DNA of 64,000 nucleotides, taken from an uncultured delta proteobacterium. Lineage in GTDB: Bacteria > Desulfobacterota > Desulfobacteria > Desulfobacterales > JAFDCJ01. How positions within the stretch are numbered: position 1 is the stretch's first letter; each line of letters starts with the position of its first letter. The notes below the pieces were generated by a model, which was not told the DNA's origin, searched no databases, and saw only the letters and a list, made by a program, of their open reading frames with translations. Location of the stretch: positions 192,001-256,000 of the forward strand of contig CAVYNY010000022.1 in the NCBI GenBank assembly GCA_963769935.1, in the 5' to 3' direction. A program made the position numbers and the translations under genes. Shown here piece after piece: positions 20,716 through 31,107 of the stretch.

Positions 20716-21939
20716 ATGTTTGGAAAGTATAAACCGCTTTGGGGAGAGAAGCCTGCACTGAATAAAGGCTACGATGCCGTTATTATCGGCGGGGGATTGC
20801 ATGGGTTGGCAGCCGCCTATTTTCTGGCCCGGGATCACGGGTTGACCAACGTGGCGGTGATTGAGAAACGGTTTATCGGTTTCGGGGGTTCCGGCAGAAA
20901 TACCGCCATTGTGCGGGCCAATCAGAGAACCCAGGAAAATTTGCCGCTTTACAAGGAAGCGCTCGAACTGTGGCCCATTCTGACCAGGGAACTCGACTAC
21001 AACCTGATGTTCTTTAACTGCGGCAACTTGAACCTGTGCCACAGCGAAGCCGCGATGAGCGCCGCCCGCCTGCAAATTGCCTCGGCCCAGTTCAACGGCA
21101 TCAAAAGCCGTCTGATTGATGCCAGAGAATGCAAGGAAATGGTGCCGGCCCTTAACATCTCGGAAGATATTACCTATCCCATCTTTGGCGCCATGTACCA
21201 CCCGCCGGGCGGCATTGTGCGGCATGATGCCGTCGTGTGGGGACTTGCCAAAGGGGCTGCCAAACACGGGGTTCATATCCATCAGCAGACGGAAGTGACC
21301 GGCATCACCGTTGAGAAGGGAAAAATCGTGGCCGTTGAAACCGACCGGGGCCGGATAAACACCCCGCGGGTTTTGAATGCGGCCGGCGGGTATTCGGCCG
21401 CCATATCCTATGAAATGCTGGGAATCAAGCTGCCCATCAGTGTTTTGAACATTCAGGCCATGGTTACCCAGCCCCTGAAGCCCATCTTAAACCATGTTGT
21501 CTCCTCCGGTGCCTATCACGCCTATGCCAACCAAACGCTCAAAGGCGAAATCGCCACCGGGGCGCACATGGACCCCTGGCCCAATTATACTACGTTGACC
21601 ACCGCCCATTACATAAAGCACCAGGCCCAAGCCCTTTCGGAAATGCTGCCCTGCCTGCGGGGAGTTCGGTTTATGCGCCACTGGTCCGGATTGGCGGATA
21701 TGACCCCGGACATGGCACCGATCATGGACGGCAATGATCATATCGAAGGCTACTACATGGACTGCGGCTGGGGATATTTCGGCTTCAAATCCAGTGCCGC
21801 GGCCGGCAAATACATGGCCCAATTCCTGGCCACCGGCAAATGCCCGGACATGTTAAAGCCCTTTACCCTGCGCCGGTATGAACAGCATCGGCTGATGGGC
21901 GAGATTGCGACACCGATCAGTTATGGGGCGTGGAATTAA
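20716..21939 (+). CDS. soxB: Sarcosine oxidase subunit beta-like FAD oxidoreductase
   Basis: GGGLHGLA, GGSGRNTAIVRAN, RHDAVVW, DMTPD..PI, GWGYFGFK. Confidence 0.88.
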   Translation: MFGKYKPLWGEKPALNKGYDAVIIGGGLHGLAAAYFLARDHGLTNVAVIEKRFIGFGGSGRNTAIVRANQRTQENLPLYKEALELWPILTRELDYNLMFFNCGNLNLCHSEAAMSAARLQIASAQFNGIKSRLIDARECKEMVPALNISEDITYPIFGAMYHPPGGIVRHDAVVWGLAKGAAKHGVHIHQQTEVTGITVEKGKIVAVETDRGRINTPRVLNAAGGYSAAISYEMLGIKLPISVLNIQAMVTQPLKPILNHVVSSGAYHAYANQTLKGEIATGAHMDPWPNYTTLTTAHYIKHQAQALSEMLPCLRGVRFMRHWSGLADMTPDMAPIMDGNDHIEGYYMDCGWGYFGFKSSAAAGKYMAQFLATGKCPDMLKPFTLRRYEQHRLMGEIATPISYGAWN

Positions 21940-21963
21940 GGTGTTTAAAAATAGGAGGCATTT

Positions 21964-22224
21964 ATGTCATTAACAATAACTTGTCCCATCTGCGGCAAAC
22001 GCAACGGTTATGAATTTCGTTTTGGGAGCGAAGAAAAAGGACCGCGCCCCGATGAAGAGGGGTTAACACCGGAGGCCTGGTGTGACTATGTGCATATGAA
22101 CAAATCGGTGGCCGGTATCCAGAAAGAGTGGTGGTATCACCGGGACGGATGCGGTGCCTGGTTCACCATTTATCGCAATACGACAACCAATCTTGAAGTG
22201 GATGAATCGGAGGCGACATCATGA
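21964..22224 (+). CDS. soxD: Sarcosine oxidase subunit delta
   Basis: CPICG...EF, EWWYH..GC zinc ligands. Confidence 0.9.
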   Translation: MSLTITCPICGKRNGYEFRFGSEEKGPRPDEEGLTPEAWCDYVHMNKSVAGIQKEWWYHRDGCGAWFTIYRNTTTNLEVDESEATS

Positions 22225-25139
22225 GCCGGCTGGACAACCTGCCTACCCTACGGATAAATCCCGAGCAACGCATTTCATTCAATTACGCAGGCAAATCCCG
22301 CCAGGGTCTGGCGGGCGATACAATTGCCGCCGCCCTGTATGCCAACGGTACGCGTGTTTTTTCCAGAAGCCTGAAGTATCACCGTCCGCGGGGGCTTTAC
22401 AGTCTGGACGGCGAATGCTCGAATACCTGTATGGCCGTAAACGGCATCCCCAATGTACGCACTGAAAATACGCTCCTTAAAAGCGGCATGACCGTCAAGG
22501 CCCAGAACGTCAAGGGCACCCCGGACACAGACATGATGGGGTTTATGGACAGGATGGATTGGGCCATGCCGGCCGGCTTCTACTATCGCACCCTGCACAA
22601 GCCCGCCCAAATCTGGCCCGTTGCCTTAAAGCAGGTGCGCAAGGTCGCCGGGATCGGAAAAATTGCGCCTGATTTTCAGATGCCGGGAACCTTTGACGAA
22701 ATGTATCCGGCGGCGGATGTGTGTGTTGTCGGCGGCGGACCGGCCGGTATGCTGGCCGCCGCGGCCGCAGGGGAAAAGGGACTGCGCGTCATCCTGCTGG
22801 AGGCCCGGCCGTGGCTGGGCGGTTTTTTTGATTATCGCACGGCCGCATACAATGAGGATACCCGGCTTTACCAGAGAGCCCGGAAACTGGCCCAGCGTCT
22901 GGCACAAATGTCCAATGTCCGGATTTTTACCCATACGGCCGTGGTGGGTGCCTACAACAACAATCTGATAACCGCTTTTCAGGTTGGCGGTGAGTCGGAT
23001 CATTTCGCTGAACGCTACCTCGAAATCCGGGCCGCAAGTGTTGTGGTTGCAACCGGCTGCATCGAGCGGCCGCTGCTGTTCGAAAACAACGAGCAGCCCG
23101 GTGTCATGCAGATCGGCTGTGTTCACCGTCTGGCACACACCTATGGTATTCTGGCCGGCACCCGGGCAGTGTTCAGCATCGGACATGATCTGGGGCTGGA
23201 GGCCGCCATCGATCTGTTTGATCATGGTTTGAAAATCCTGTGTGTGGCCGATATTCGTGAAGACGGTCAGGATACCGGACTTATCGCCAAACTGCAGGAG
23301 CGCAACATTCCCTATATGAGCGGTTGGGTGGCAACCGAGGCCCATGGCAAAACCACGGTCGACAAAGTCACCCTCAGCACCAACCAGGGAACGCTGAACA
23401 AGGAATTTGAATGTGATCTCCTGGTGGCCTCGGCCGGACTCACACCGGTTACCGGGGTGCTGAGCATGTCACAGGCCGCGTTGGAATTCGATCATCACAC
23501 GGGTTTCTTTCTGCCCAAAAATCTGCCGGCCAAAATGTACCCCGCCGGTCGCATGCTGGGCTTAAGCCACCCGTGGTCGATTGAAACCTCCGGTACCCTG
23601 GCGGGCCTGAAGGCGGCGGCGGACTGCGGGGTAGCCGTTGATGGAGAAGTTAATGAGGTCCGCAAGAATTTAGCGGATCTGCCCGGACCGGACAAGGGCT
23701 GCCGGATGGTTATGGCGCCGGTCAAGGGCCGCAAAACTTTCATCTGCTTTGATGAAGATACCACGATCAAAAATATCAAGCAGGCACTGGAGATGGGATT
23801 TGACGCCGCCGAGCTGCTCAAACGGTTTACGGCAGCCGGGACGGGACCCGGTCAGGGCGGCATTCCCGGCCACAATCTGCCCCTTTTTGTGGCGCAGTAT
23901 CACGCCGATTCAACGGTGTCGGCCAAACCGACCACGGTCAGAGCTCCGCTGGTACCGGCGTTAATTGCCACCTATGCCGGCCGCAACCACGATATGTGCA
24001 AACGCACGCCGATGGATGAATCCCAGAAGACAGCCGGTGGAATCATGCGCCGCATCGGTGTCTGGCGGCGGGCACGCTATTTTTCAAAGGATTTCACCTG
24101 CCGCGCGGAAATTGAGAACGTGCGCAGCAATGTCGGCCTGCTGGACGCCTCCACTCTCGGGAAATTCAAGCTCTGGGGGCCGGACGCGTTGAAGGCGTTG
24201 CAGCGGGTGTACGTCGGCGACATGTCGAAGATCGCAGACGGCAAAATTAAATACTCGGCCATGTGCAATGACGACGGTTGTATGGTTGACGACGGTGTGG
24301 TCGTCAAACGCGCAGACAATGAGTATTATTTTACTACATCGACCGGCCGGGCCGGGTCCACGGTGGAATGGTTCCGCTATCATTCGCGTTATGACGGCTG
24401 GAATTATAACCTGGTGAATCTCACCGATGCCCTGGGTGTTATTAATCTGGCCGGCCCCAATGCCCGCAAGGTGCTGGAAAAGATAACCGATGTCGATCTC
24501 TCCAACGATGCCTTTCCCTTTGCGGCCTACCGTGAATTTACCATCAAAAATGAGATTCCGGTGCGATCCATGCGGCTGGGGTTTGTCGGGGAATTATCCT
24601 ATGAACTGCACGTTGCGTCATCGTACATGCAGGCCCTCTGGGAACTGCTCGAGGAGGCCGGCCGGGAATTCGGCCTGCGCAATTTCGGATTGGAGGCCCA
24701 GAACGTGCTGCGGATGGAAAAAGGGCATATCATCATCGGTGTCGAATCAGAGATACGAACAACACTGCATGACGTGGGGCTGGGTTTTCTATGGTCGCGC
24801 CGGAAGCCGGAAGCCAAAACCGTCGGGGCGGTGGCTTTGCAGCAGACCGAGAAACAGCAGGGCCGCCTGAAACTGGTTGGATTTAAAACAGAAAACCCCT
24901 CCCGGGCACCCAAGGACGGATCGATTGTCGTGGAAAACGACATCAAGGGCTACGTGTGCACCGCCCGGCGCAGCTTCACCCTGAATGAGTCCGTCGGGCT
25001 GGCCCTGGTTGACGCGGCCTTGGCCGAAGAGGGAAAACGGTTACAAATTTACGAGGACGAATGCGAGGGGCAGCTGCTCCATGCCACAGTGGTCGCAACG
25101 CCCTTTTACGATCCTGAGGGAAAAAGATTGAGAATGTGA
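22221..25139 (+). CDS. soxA: Sarcosine oxidase subunit alpha (GcvT-like folate-binding C-terminus)
   Basis: SRSLKYHRPRG, GGGPAG, DASTLGK, GELSYEL, LRMEKG, PFYDPEG. Confidence 0.92.
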   Translation: MSRLDNLPTLRINPEQRISFNYAGKSRQGLAGDTIAAALYANGTRVFSRSLKYHRPRGLYSLDGECSNTCMAVNGIPNVRTENTLLKSGMTVKAQNVKGTPDTDMMGFMDRMDWAMPAGFYYRTLHKPAQIWPVALKQVRKVAGIGKIAPDFQMPGTFDEMYPAADVCVVGGGPAGMLAAAAAGEKGLRVILLEARPWLGGFFDYRTAAYNEDTRLYQRARKLAQRLAQMSNVRIFTHTAVVGAYNNNLITAFQVGGESDHFAERYLEIRAASVVVATGCIERPLLFENNEQPGVMQIGCVHRLAHTYGILAGTRAVFSIGHDLGLEAAIDLFDHGLKILCVADIREDGQDTGLIAKLQERNIPYMSGWVATEAHGKTTVDKVTLSTNQGTLNKEFECDLLVASAGLTPVTGVLSMSQAALEFDHHTGFFLPKNLPAKMYPAGRMLGLSHPWSIETSGTLAGLKAAADCGVAVDGEVNEVRKNLADLPGPDKGCRMVMAPVKGRKTFICFDEDTTIKNIKQALEMGFDAAELLKRFTAAGTGPGQGGIPGHNLPLFVAQYHADSTVSAKPTTVRAPLVPALIATYAGRNHDMCKRTPMDESQKTAGGIMRRIGVWRRARYFSKDFTCRAEIENVRSNVGLLDASTLGKFKLWGPDALKALQRVYVGDMSKIADGKIKYSAMCNDDGCMVDDGVVVKRADNEYYFTTSTGRAGSTVEWFRYHSRYDGWNYNLVNLTDALGVINLAGPNARKVLEKITDVDLSNDAFPFAAYREFTIKNEIPVRSMRLGFVGELSYELHVASSYMQALWELLEEAGREFGLRNFGLEAQNVLRMEKGHIIIGVESEIRTTLHDVGLGFLWSRRKPEAKTVGAVALQQTEKQQGRLKLVGFKTENPSRAPKDGSIVVENDIKGYVCTARRSFTLNESVGLALVDAALAEEGKRLQIYEDECEGQLLHATVVATPFYDPEGKRLRM

Positions 25140-25146
25140 GGTTAAA

Positions 25147-25788
25147 ATGGCAGGAAAAATTATAAGGCGTTCCCCGGTGACATTCGACAGCCCGGCCGCG
25201 CGAACCGAAGAGCGGGATAATTGGACGGTTGTACTTGAATTTGAAAACCAGGGCGCCGGCCCGTGGATTATTGATTTGAGCCACCGGGCCAGATGGGATT
25301 TGCAGGACCGGGCGATCGACGGGATTCAGCCGTGGGGGGCAAGTGTGCCGGACACGCCCGGAAGATGCATTATTGCCGATGGTATTCTTATCAATCGTAT
25401 GAACCGCACCCAGGCATCCTTGTGGCATTTAAAAGGGGAACGGCGGGATGCCCCCGAAGGCCAATCTTTTACCGACGTTACCGATGCGACCGTTTTTTTG
25501 GCTTTGATCGGCAATAATATGGCTTTGTTGCTGGAAAAGCTGACCGCCCTGGATTTTTTCAATCCCTTATACAGTTCCCCATTTTTGTTGCAGGGACCTT
25601 TGTCCCATGTACCCTGCCAGTGTGTGATGCTGGAAAAATCAGCGGCCCGCTCCGGTATTCTCTTTACATGTTCAAGGGGATATGCCCGGGACATGGTGAG
25701 TGGAATACTGGAAGCCGGCGCCGAGTTCGGACTCAGGCCGGCCGGTGAAGATACCTTCAATCGCTGGCTCACGGAGCTCATCAAATGA
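25147..25788 (+). CDS. soxG: Sarcosine oxidase subunit gamma-like protein
   Basis: Follows soxA; RRSP, TDVTD and SRGYARD motifs. Confidence 0.75.
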   Translation: MAGKIIRRSPVTFDSPAARTEERDNWTVVLEFENQGAGPWIIDLSHRARWDLQDRAIDGIQPWGASVPDTPGRCIIADGILINRMNRTQASLWHLKGERRDAPEGQSFTDVTDATVFLALIGNNMALLLEKLTALDFFNPLYSSPFLLQGPLSHVPCQCVMLEKSAARSGILFTCSRGYARDMVSGILEAGAEFGLRPAGEDTFNRWLTELIK

Positions 25789-25897
25789 CGAATGACGATG
25801 GAAGATTGAAAATTGAAAATTGAAGATTGAATATTTGAGGTATTCTGTCATTTTTTATGATCAAAATTCCATTATTCCATCGTTCCAGTATTCCATT
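25787..25897. repeat. 7-mer (AAGATTG/AAAATTG) and 8-mer (ATTCCATT) arrays
   Basis: Seen directly; the ...ATTGAATATTTG(A/T)GGTAT block recurs at 48010-48047. Confidence 0.75.
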
Positions 25898-25929
25898 TTA
25901 ATGTGAGGGAAATCTATCGGAGCAACCCA

Positions 25930-26382
25930 ATGACCTTGGAAGAAAAAATTATCGGCATGCTGGACAAACAAAAAGTATCCTATGAAATGGTCGAGCACGA
26001 ACCGGTGTATACCAACCCGGCCATGGCCGAGGCGCTCAACGTCGATGAATCCGAGACGGTCAAATCGCTGGTATTAAAAACCAAAGAGGGCAGGATGATT
26101 GTCCTGGTGCTGCCCGGCGACAAGAAGGTTGACTGGAAGCAGGCCGCTGCCGGCGCCGGCACCAAAAAGGTATTTTTCGCCAAGCCCGAAGAAGTCAGTG
26201 AGGCAGTCGGCTGCGAAGTCGGATGTGTTCCGCCCTTCGGGCATTTCAGCCCGCTGCCCATTTTTATGGATCCCGATTTACCTAAAAAGGAGTTTGTCTA
26301 CTTTAATCCCGGCGTGCACGATAAATCCCTCAAAGTCAAAGGCTGGGACCTCAGACTGCTATGCAAACCCTCGTTCATTTAA
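25930..26382 (+). CDS. YbaK/ProX family aminoacyl-tRNA deacylase
   Basis: VKSLVLK, GCEVGCVPPFG, FNPG. Confidence 0.9.
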   Translation: MTLEEKIIGMLDKQKVSYEMVEHEPVYTNPAMAEALNVDESETVKSLVLKTKEGRMIVLVLPGDKKVDWKQAAAGAGTKKVFFAKPEEVSEAVGCEVGCVPPFGHFSPLPIFMDPDLPKKEFVYFNPGVHDKSLKVKGWDLRLLCKPSFI

Positions 26383-26431
26383 TTAGGCTCAGAATTCTTT
26401 TTTAATCTTTCAGAGACAATATTACTATAAT

Positions 26432-26630
26432 TCTGATTGCGGATTGCGGATTTCAGATTGCGGATTTTTTAAAAAGAAAAAAATCTTTTTTTGCTTTTCA
26501 ATAAAAAGCGTTATAAGTTTTTTGATTTGCGTTATCAATCGGAAACCGTCAGCCAAGTGCTTTAGGTGGTGAGCTCTTAAAAATTATAGAAAAATTAACT
26601 GCCAAATCCGAGATCCGCAATCCGGAATCT
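26432..26630. repeat. 7-mer repeat hairpin (GATTGCG ... AATCCGC)
   Basis: Forward array at 26432-26468 and reverse-complement array at 26604-26630. Confidence 0.75.
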
Positions 26631-26650
26631 ATCGAGGAGGTTTTCTTGCT

Positions 26651-27989
26651 ATGAACAAAAAATACGATGCGATCATCATCGGGGCCGGTGTCATTGGATG
26701 TCCCATTGCCTATGAGCTGACCAAAATGGGGTACAAAACCCTGAATGTCGATAAATTAAGCGATGCGGGCATGGGGTCCACATCCGCTTCCTGCGCCATC
26801 GTGCGGGCCCACTATTCCACCGAAGATGGTGTGGCTTTCGCATACGAGGGCTTCAAATACTGGCGGGAATGGGAGAATTACCTGGAACATGTCAACGATG
26901 AAAAAGGTCTGGCCAAGTTCATGAACACCGGCTCCCTTCTGCTTAAATCACAGGGGCACGACTGGCACAAAGTCAAAAAGCATTATGACGCAGTCGGCGT
27001 CAAGTATGAAGAATGGAGTATTGAGAAAATCAAAGAAATGGTGCCGGTGTACGATCTGCACGAATTCTGGCCGGTCCGGCGCCCTGAGGATCCCAAGTTC
27101 TTTGATGAACCGGACAAGATGCTCGATGGTGGTCTGTTCTGCCCGGAAGGCGGCTATGTCAATGACCCGGAATTGTCCGCCCACAACATCATGCGAGCCA
27201 CCGAGGCCAAAGGCGGGGAATTCATATTTAAGGCCGAGGTGGTAGAAGTTCGCAGCCGGGACAACCAGGTATTGGGCATAACCCTTAAGGATGGAACCCA
27301 AATCGATGCGCCGATTGTTGTCAACGTTGCCGGTCCCCATTCTTATCAAAATCAATCAAATGGCCGAAGGGGTCTACGATGGGTGCAACATCAAAACCAA
27401 GGCCTTGCGGCACGAGGTCATGCATTGCCCGTCTCCCGAGGGCTACGATTATTTAAATAAAGGCTACCACACATCCGACGGCGATATTGCCTGTTATTAC
27501 CGTCCGGAAGTCGGCAACATGTTCCTCATCGGCAGCGAAGATCCGGAATGTGATCCCCAGCAGTGGGTGGACCCGGACGAATTTTATGCCGGCCAAGGCG
27601 GACACGGCCGGGACAATCAACTCAGCGAAGAACAATGGAGAGCCCAGACGTATCGATGCGCCAAGCGGGTGCCGAGCATGCAGATCCCGAACCAGCCCAG
27701 AGGCGTCTGCGATTTGTACGACTGCTCCGACGATTGGATCCCGATCTACGACAAGTCGGACATGAGGGGCTTCTACATGGCCATCGGAACCAGCGGCAAC
27801 CAGTACAAAAACGCGCCGGTGGTCGGCCGCATGATGGCGGAGCTGATCGACGCCTGCCAAAAGGGCCTCGATCACGACCAGAAACCGTTTCAGTTCAAGC
27901 TGCCGCATTTAGGGCGCAAAATAAATGTCGGATTTTTCTCGCGCAAACGGGAGATCAACGCCGACAGCAGCTTTTCAGTAAATGGATAG
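26651..27989 (+). pseudogene. DAO/sarcosine-oxidase-beta-type FAD oxidoreductase, split by a +1 frameshift near 27348-27351
   Basis: The N-half (GAGVIG...NVAGPHS) and C-half (INQMAEG...DDWIPIYD, GTSGNQYKNAP) join if one A is removed from CAAAATC; may be a sequencing error. Confidence 0.82.
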
Positions 27990-28230
27990 AGGTCAAAGGT
28001 TAAAGGTAAAAGGATAAAGGCAAAAGGCTGGAAAGCATGGAGGCTTGAAAGCTGGAAGGCCATAATAAGATTGCTTAGCATGCTTTGTGATTGAATTCAA
28101 AATTTAATTTGGAAATTGAAAGCAGGGCTTTGTCCGCAGCAGATGAAGCCCTGCTTTTAAATTCAATGGCTTCAAACAAGGAAAAAATCCTTTCAAGCCT
28201 CCGAGCCTTCCAGCTTCCGAGCCTCCCGGC
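27990..28230. repeat. Composite 7-mer (AAAGGTA) and 8-mer (GAAAGCTG/GAGGCTTG) arrays with inverted copies and an inner hairpin
   Basis: Arrays at 27990-28060, reverse complements at 28191-28230, and AAAGCAGGGCTT...AAGCCCTGCTTT hairpin between them. Confidence 0.8.
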
Positions 28231-28294
28231 CCGCTGGCTTACCAACTCACAACCCTATGAGGCCTGGCGGTTTAACCGGTTCAGAAAGCAACCA

Positions 28295-29071
28295 ATGAAA
28301 ATCTACGTCTGCGTGAAACACGTGCCGGATTCGGCGGCGAACATCAGGATAGTTGGAAGCAACCAAATCGATGAGTCGGTTACCTTCCTGATGAATCCCT
28401 ATGATGAGCATGCTATTGAGGAGGCCGCCAGGCTTAAAGAAAAGGTGGGTGAGGCGGAAGTCATCGCCGTTTCTCTCGGAAAAGCAGGCGCCGTAAATAC
28501 CATTCAATCCGCGCTGGCCATGGGGGCGGATCGGGGTATATTGATCACGACCGATCGGATTCCGGACAGCCTGGTAACTGCCAGGGCGCTGAAGGCGGCT
28601 ATCGAGCAGGACGGCCGGCCGGACATCATTTTTACCGGCAAAGAATCCATTGACAGCGAAGGGTTTCAAACCATGTACCGGCTGGCGGCTGCCATGGATA
28701 TGCCGGCAGCCTCCGGCGTTGAGGCCTTTTCCCTTGAGCAGAGCAGGGTCATTGTTGAATGTGAGCTGGAAGCCGGTGCACGAGAGGTGGTCGAAATGCC
28801 GCTTCCCTGTGTTATCGGATGCGGCAAAGGATTGAACAAGCCGAGGTATCCGACCTTGCCGGCGATAATAAAAGCCCGCAAAAAAGAGGTGAATCAAATC
28901 GAGCTGCAATCTTTGGAAATAGAGCAGCCGGCCGGCAGCATCGAGATCCTTGCGTTGAAACCGGCCGTTGAAGAGCGCCGGCCGCAGGAATTGAAGGGCT
29001 CGCCGGAAGAAGTTGCCGGTGAAATTGTTCGCATACTGAAAGAAGAAGCTAAAGTAATAAACGAGCGGTAA
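28295..29071 (+). CDS. etfB: Electron transfer flavoprotein subunit beta
   Basis: MKIYVCVKHVPD, NPYDEHAIEEA, ALAMGAD, PRYPTL. Confidence 0.95.
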   Translation: MKIYVCVKHVPDSAANIRIVGSNQIDESVTFLMNPYDEHAIEEAARLKEKVGEAEVIAVSLGKAGAVNTIQSALAMGADRGILITTDRIPDSLVTARALKAAIEQDGRPDIIFTGKESIDSEGFQTMYRLAAAMDMPAASGVEAFSLEQSRVIVECELEAGAREVVEMPLPCVIGCGKGLNKPRYPTLPAIIKARKKEVNQIELQSLEIEQPAGSIEILALKPAVEERRPQELKGSPEEVAGEIVRILKEEAKVINER

Positions 29072-29082
29072 GAATTGAGGTC

Positions 29083-29118
29083 GGTTGCAAGTTGTCAGTT
29101 GTTTGTTGTCTGTTGTCT
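29083..29118. repeat. 7-mer array (GTTGTCA/GTTGTCT) between etfB and etfA
   Basis: About five imperfect copies. Confidence 0.65.
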
Positions 29119-29181
29119 AAACTTACACTTCGAATTGCTAACTTTTTATCTTATTCCAATTCCTCCAAATGAGTGTGAATC

Positions 29182-30135
29182 GTGGAAAAAATCGGAATTA
29201 TTATCGAAACCAAAAACGGTGAGATCAAAAAAACGAACTTTGGCGTCATTACGGCCGCGCGAGGTGACGGGCATGAACTCTACGCCCTTTTGCTGGACGA
29301 GATTAGATCCGATTACAGGGATGCGCTCGCAGCGCACGGTGTTCATAAAATTGTCGAGATTACCTCCGAACAAGGACCCCTTCAATGGAACCCGGTTGTC
29401 TGGTCCAAGGCCCTTATCCACGCCATGGAACACTTCGGCATCAACACCCTGCTGGGTCTTACCAGCGCCCAGGGCAAGGAATTGCTGCCCCGAATTGCCG
29501 CCCGGCTGGATGCACCGCTGGTCATGGACTGCGTTGCCGTGAACCTGGCCGGACACACCGTTGAAAAATCCCAGTATTCCGGCAGGACGATTGCCACCAT
29601 TAAAGCGCGCGGATCTCATTTCATTTTCGGCCTTCGGCCCAATGTCATCGTACCGCAACCTGCCGCCGGCACGGCGGAGGTGATTTCCTTTAAAACCATT
29701 GCGGAAAGCAAAAGACTCAAGGTTAGGGAAATAAAGCGGACCGGAGCCGGCGGTATTGATCTAACCGAAGCAGATGTCATTATTTCCGGCGGCCGGGGCA
29801 TGGAAAATTCAGAGAATTTCAATATTCTCAGAGAATGTGCCGCGCAGATCGGCGCGGCGGTAGGCGCATCGCGGGTGGCGGTCGACGCCGGCTGGGTGCC
29901 GCATTCCATGCAGGTGGGACAGACCGGGGCAACCGTCAGCCCTAAAGTTTACATTGCATGCGGGATTTCAGGATCGGTGCAGCATTTTGCCGGCATGAAA
30001 ACCTCAGGTATGATTATCGCCATCAATACGGATCCGGAAGCGGCGATCACCCAACGCTGTGATTACTATGCTGTCGCGGATCTATTCGATATTGTTCCGC
30101 TGCTTACCGGCAAACTCAAAGCCCAACTGGGCTAG
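29182..30135 (+). CDS. etfA: Electron transfer flavoprotein subunit alpha
   Basis: ISGGRG, GASRVAVD, QVGQTG, GISGSVQH, AINTD. Confidence 0.95.
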   Translation: MEKIGIIIETKNGEIKKTNFGVITAARGDGHELYALLLDEIRSDYRDALAAHGVHKIVEITSEQGPLQWNPVVWSKALIHAMEHFGINTLLGLTSAQGKELLPRIAARLDAPLVMDCVAVNLAGHTVEKSQYSGRTIATIKARGSHFIFGLRPNVIVPQPAAGTAEVISFKTIAESKRLKVREIKRTGAGGIDLTEADVIISGGRGMENSENFNILRECAAQIGAAVGASRVAVDAGWVPHSMQVGQTGATVSPKVYIACGISGSVQHFAGMKTSGMIIAINTDPEAAITQRCDYYAVADLFDIVPLLTGKLKAQLG

Positions 30136-30429
30136 CAGTAAATTAATTTTCTGAATACACTTGGCGCCGGTAGCTCTGAAACGTCCTGCATATCCCATTG
30201 ACGGCTATTTGCGGTTTGAAGGTATAAGTTTACACTCTACAATTTTCAGTACCCCTGTTTTGCAGAGACTCATATCAGAAGATTGGCCTAACCTGTCATC
30301 TGTTGTGGATATCTTAGGGTTCTGACGTCAAAAACAACAAAGGCGAAAATACCGGCATGAAATGAGTCAAAAACAGATTCCATTATAGTTTAGTCAATAT
30401 ATCAATACCCGTTCCCTAACACCCGTCCC

Positions 30430-30834
30430 AGACCGGCTGCCCGATGGTCGGCGTGGGCCACATAAACGTTTTCGAAACGAAGATTGGCGGGATCCATGGA
30501 CAAAACGACATCGGGACGGTACTGACGAAGCACGTGGACGAGCATCTTCCTAAATTCCCGATTATTTTCGAGTTCTCCGTCCTTTAAACGAAGAAAGATA
30601 ACCTTTCGAACCCCAACGATCTTCGCTGCAGCCAATTGCTCTTTTTTTTATTGCGGCAATCGACTCCGGCGCCATCGGAAGATCCGTCCCCTTGTCTCCG
30701 CTCGTGCAGATGACATAGGTAATGTCCATTCCCATTCGACTCCATTTGGCGATTGTCCCGCTGCACCCAAAATCCACGTCATCAGGATGGGGGCTGATCA
30801 CCATCACCCGCTCTGACCCTTCCAGATTTTCCAT
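30430..30834 (-). pseudogene. PIG-L family deacetylase, frameshifted and 3'-truncated
   Basis: SPHPDDVDFG, TSGDKG, and HADH in a second frame; shift in the T-run at 30642-30649; homology ends near 30430. Confidence 0.85.
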
Positions 30835-31107
30835 GTAAACCTCTTAAGGAGTGTTCAAACCAAATCTTTGGCTCACCTTCAATCATGCCAAAACTGCCCG
30901 ATTAAGACCGTTTTAGAGGTGTTTTTATGCCTTTCAGCCGCGCTGTCGATTGCTTAGCGTGGCCTGACCCAAGCCACAGTATGCGGAAGATGGAGCAGCC
31001 TCTTGATTAGTGATTATAGATAACCGATTAATCACTGATAAAGATTGGATACCCGGATCGGGTCGGAGCGTCGCCGATTTTGAAGTCTGACGGAACAGTC
31101 CGTTTGG

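Noticed and set aside
28091..28294. N-terminal extension of EtfB in the ORF track
   Set aside because: It is translated repeat DNA; the family start MKIYVCVK is at 28295.
30642..30649. Programmed frameshift or phase variation in the PIG-L gene
   Set aside because: The gene is also 3'-truncated, so decay or a homopolymer error is the simpler explanation.
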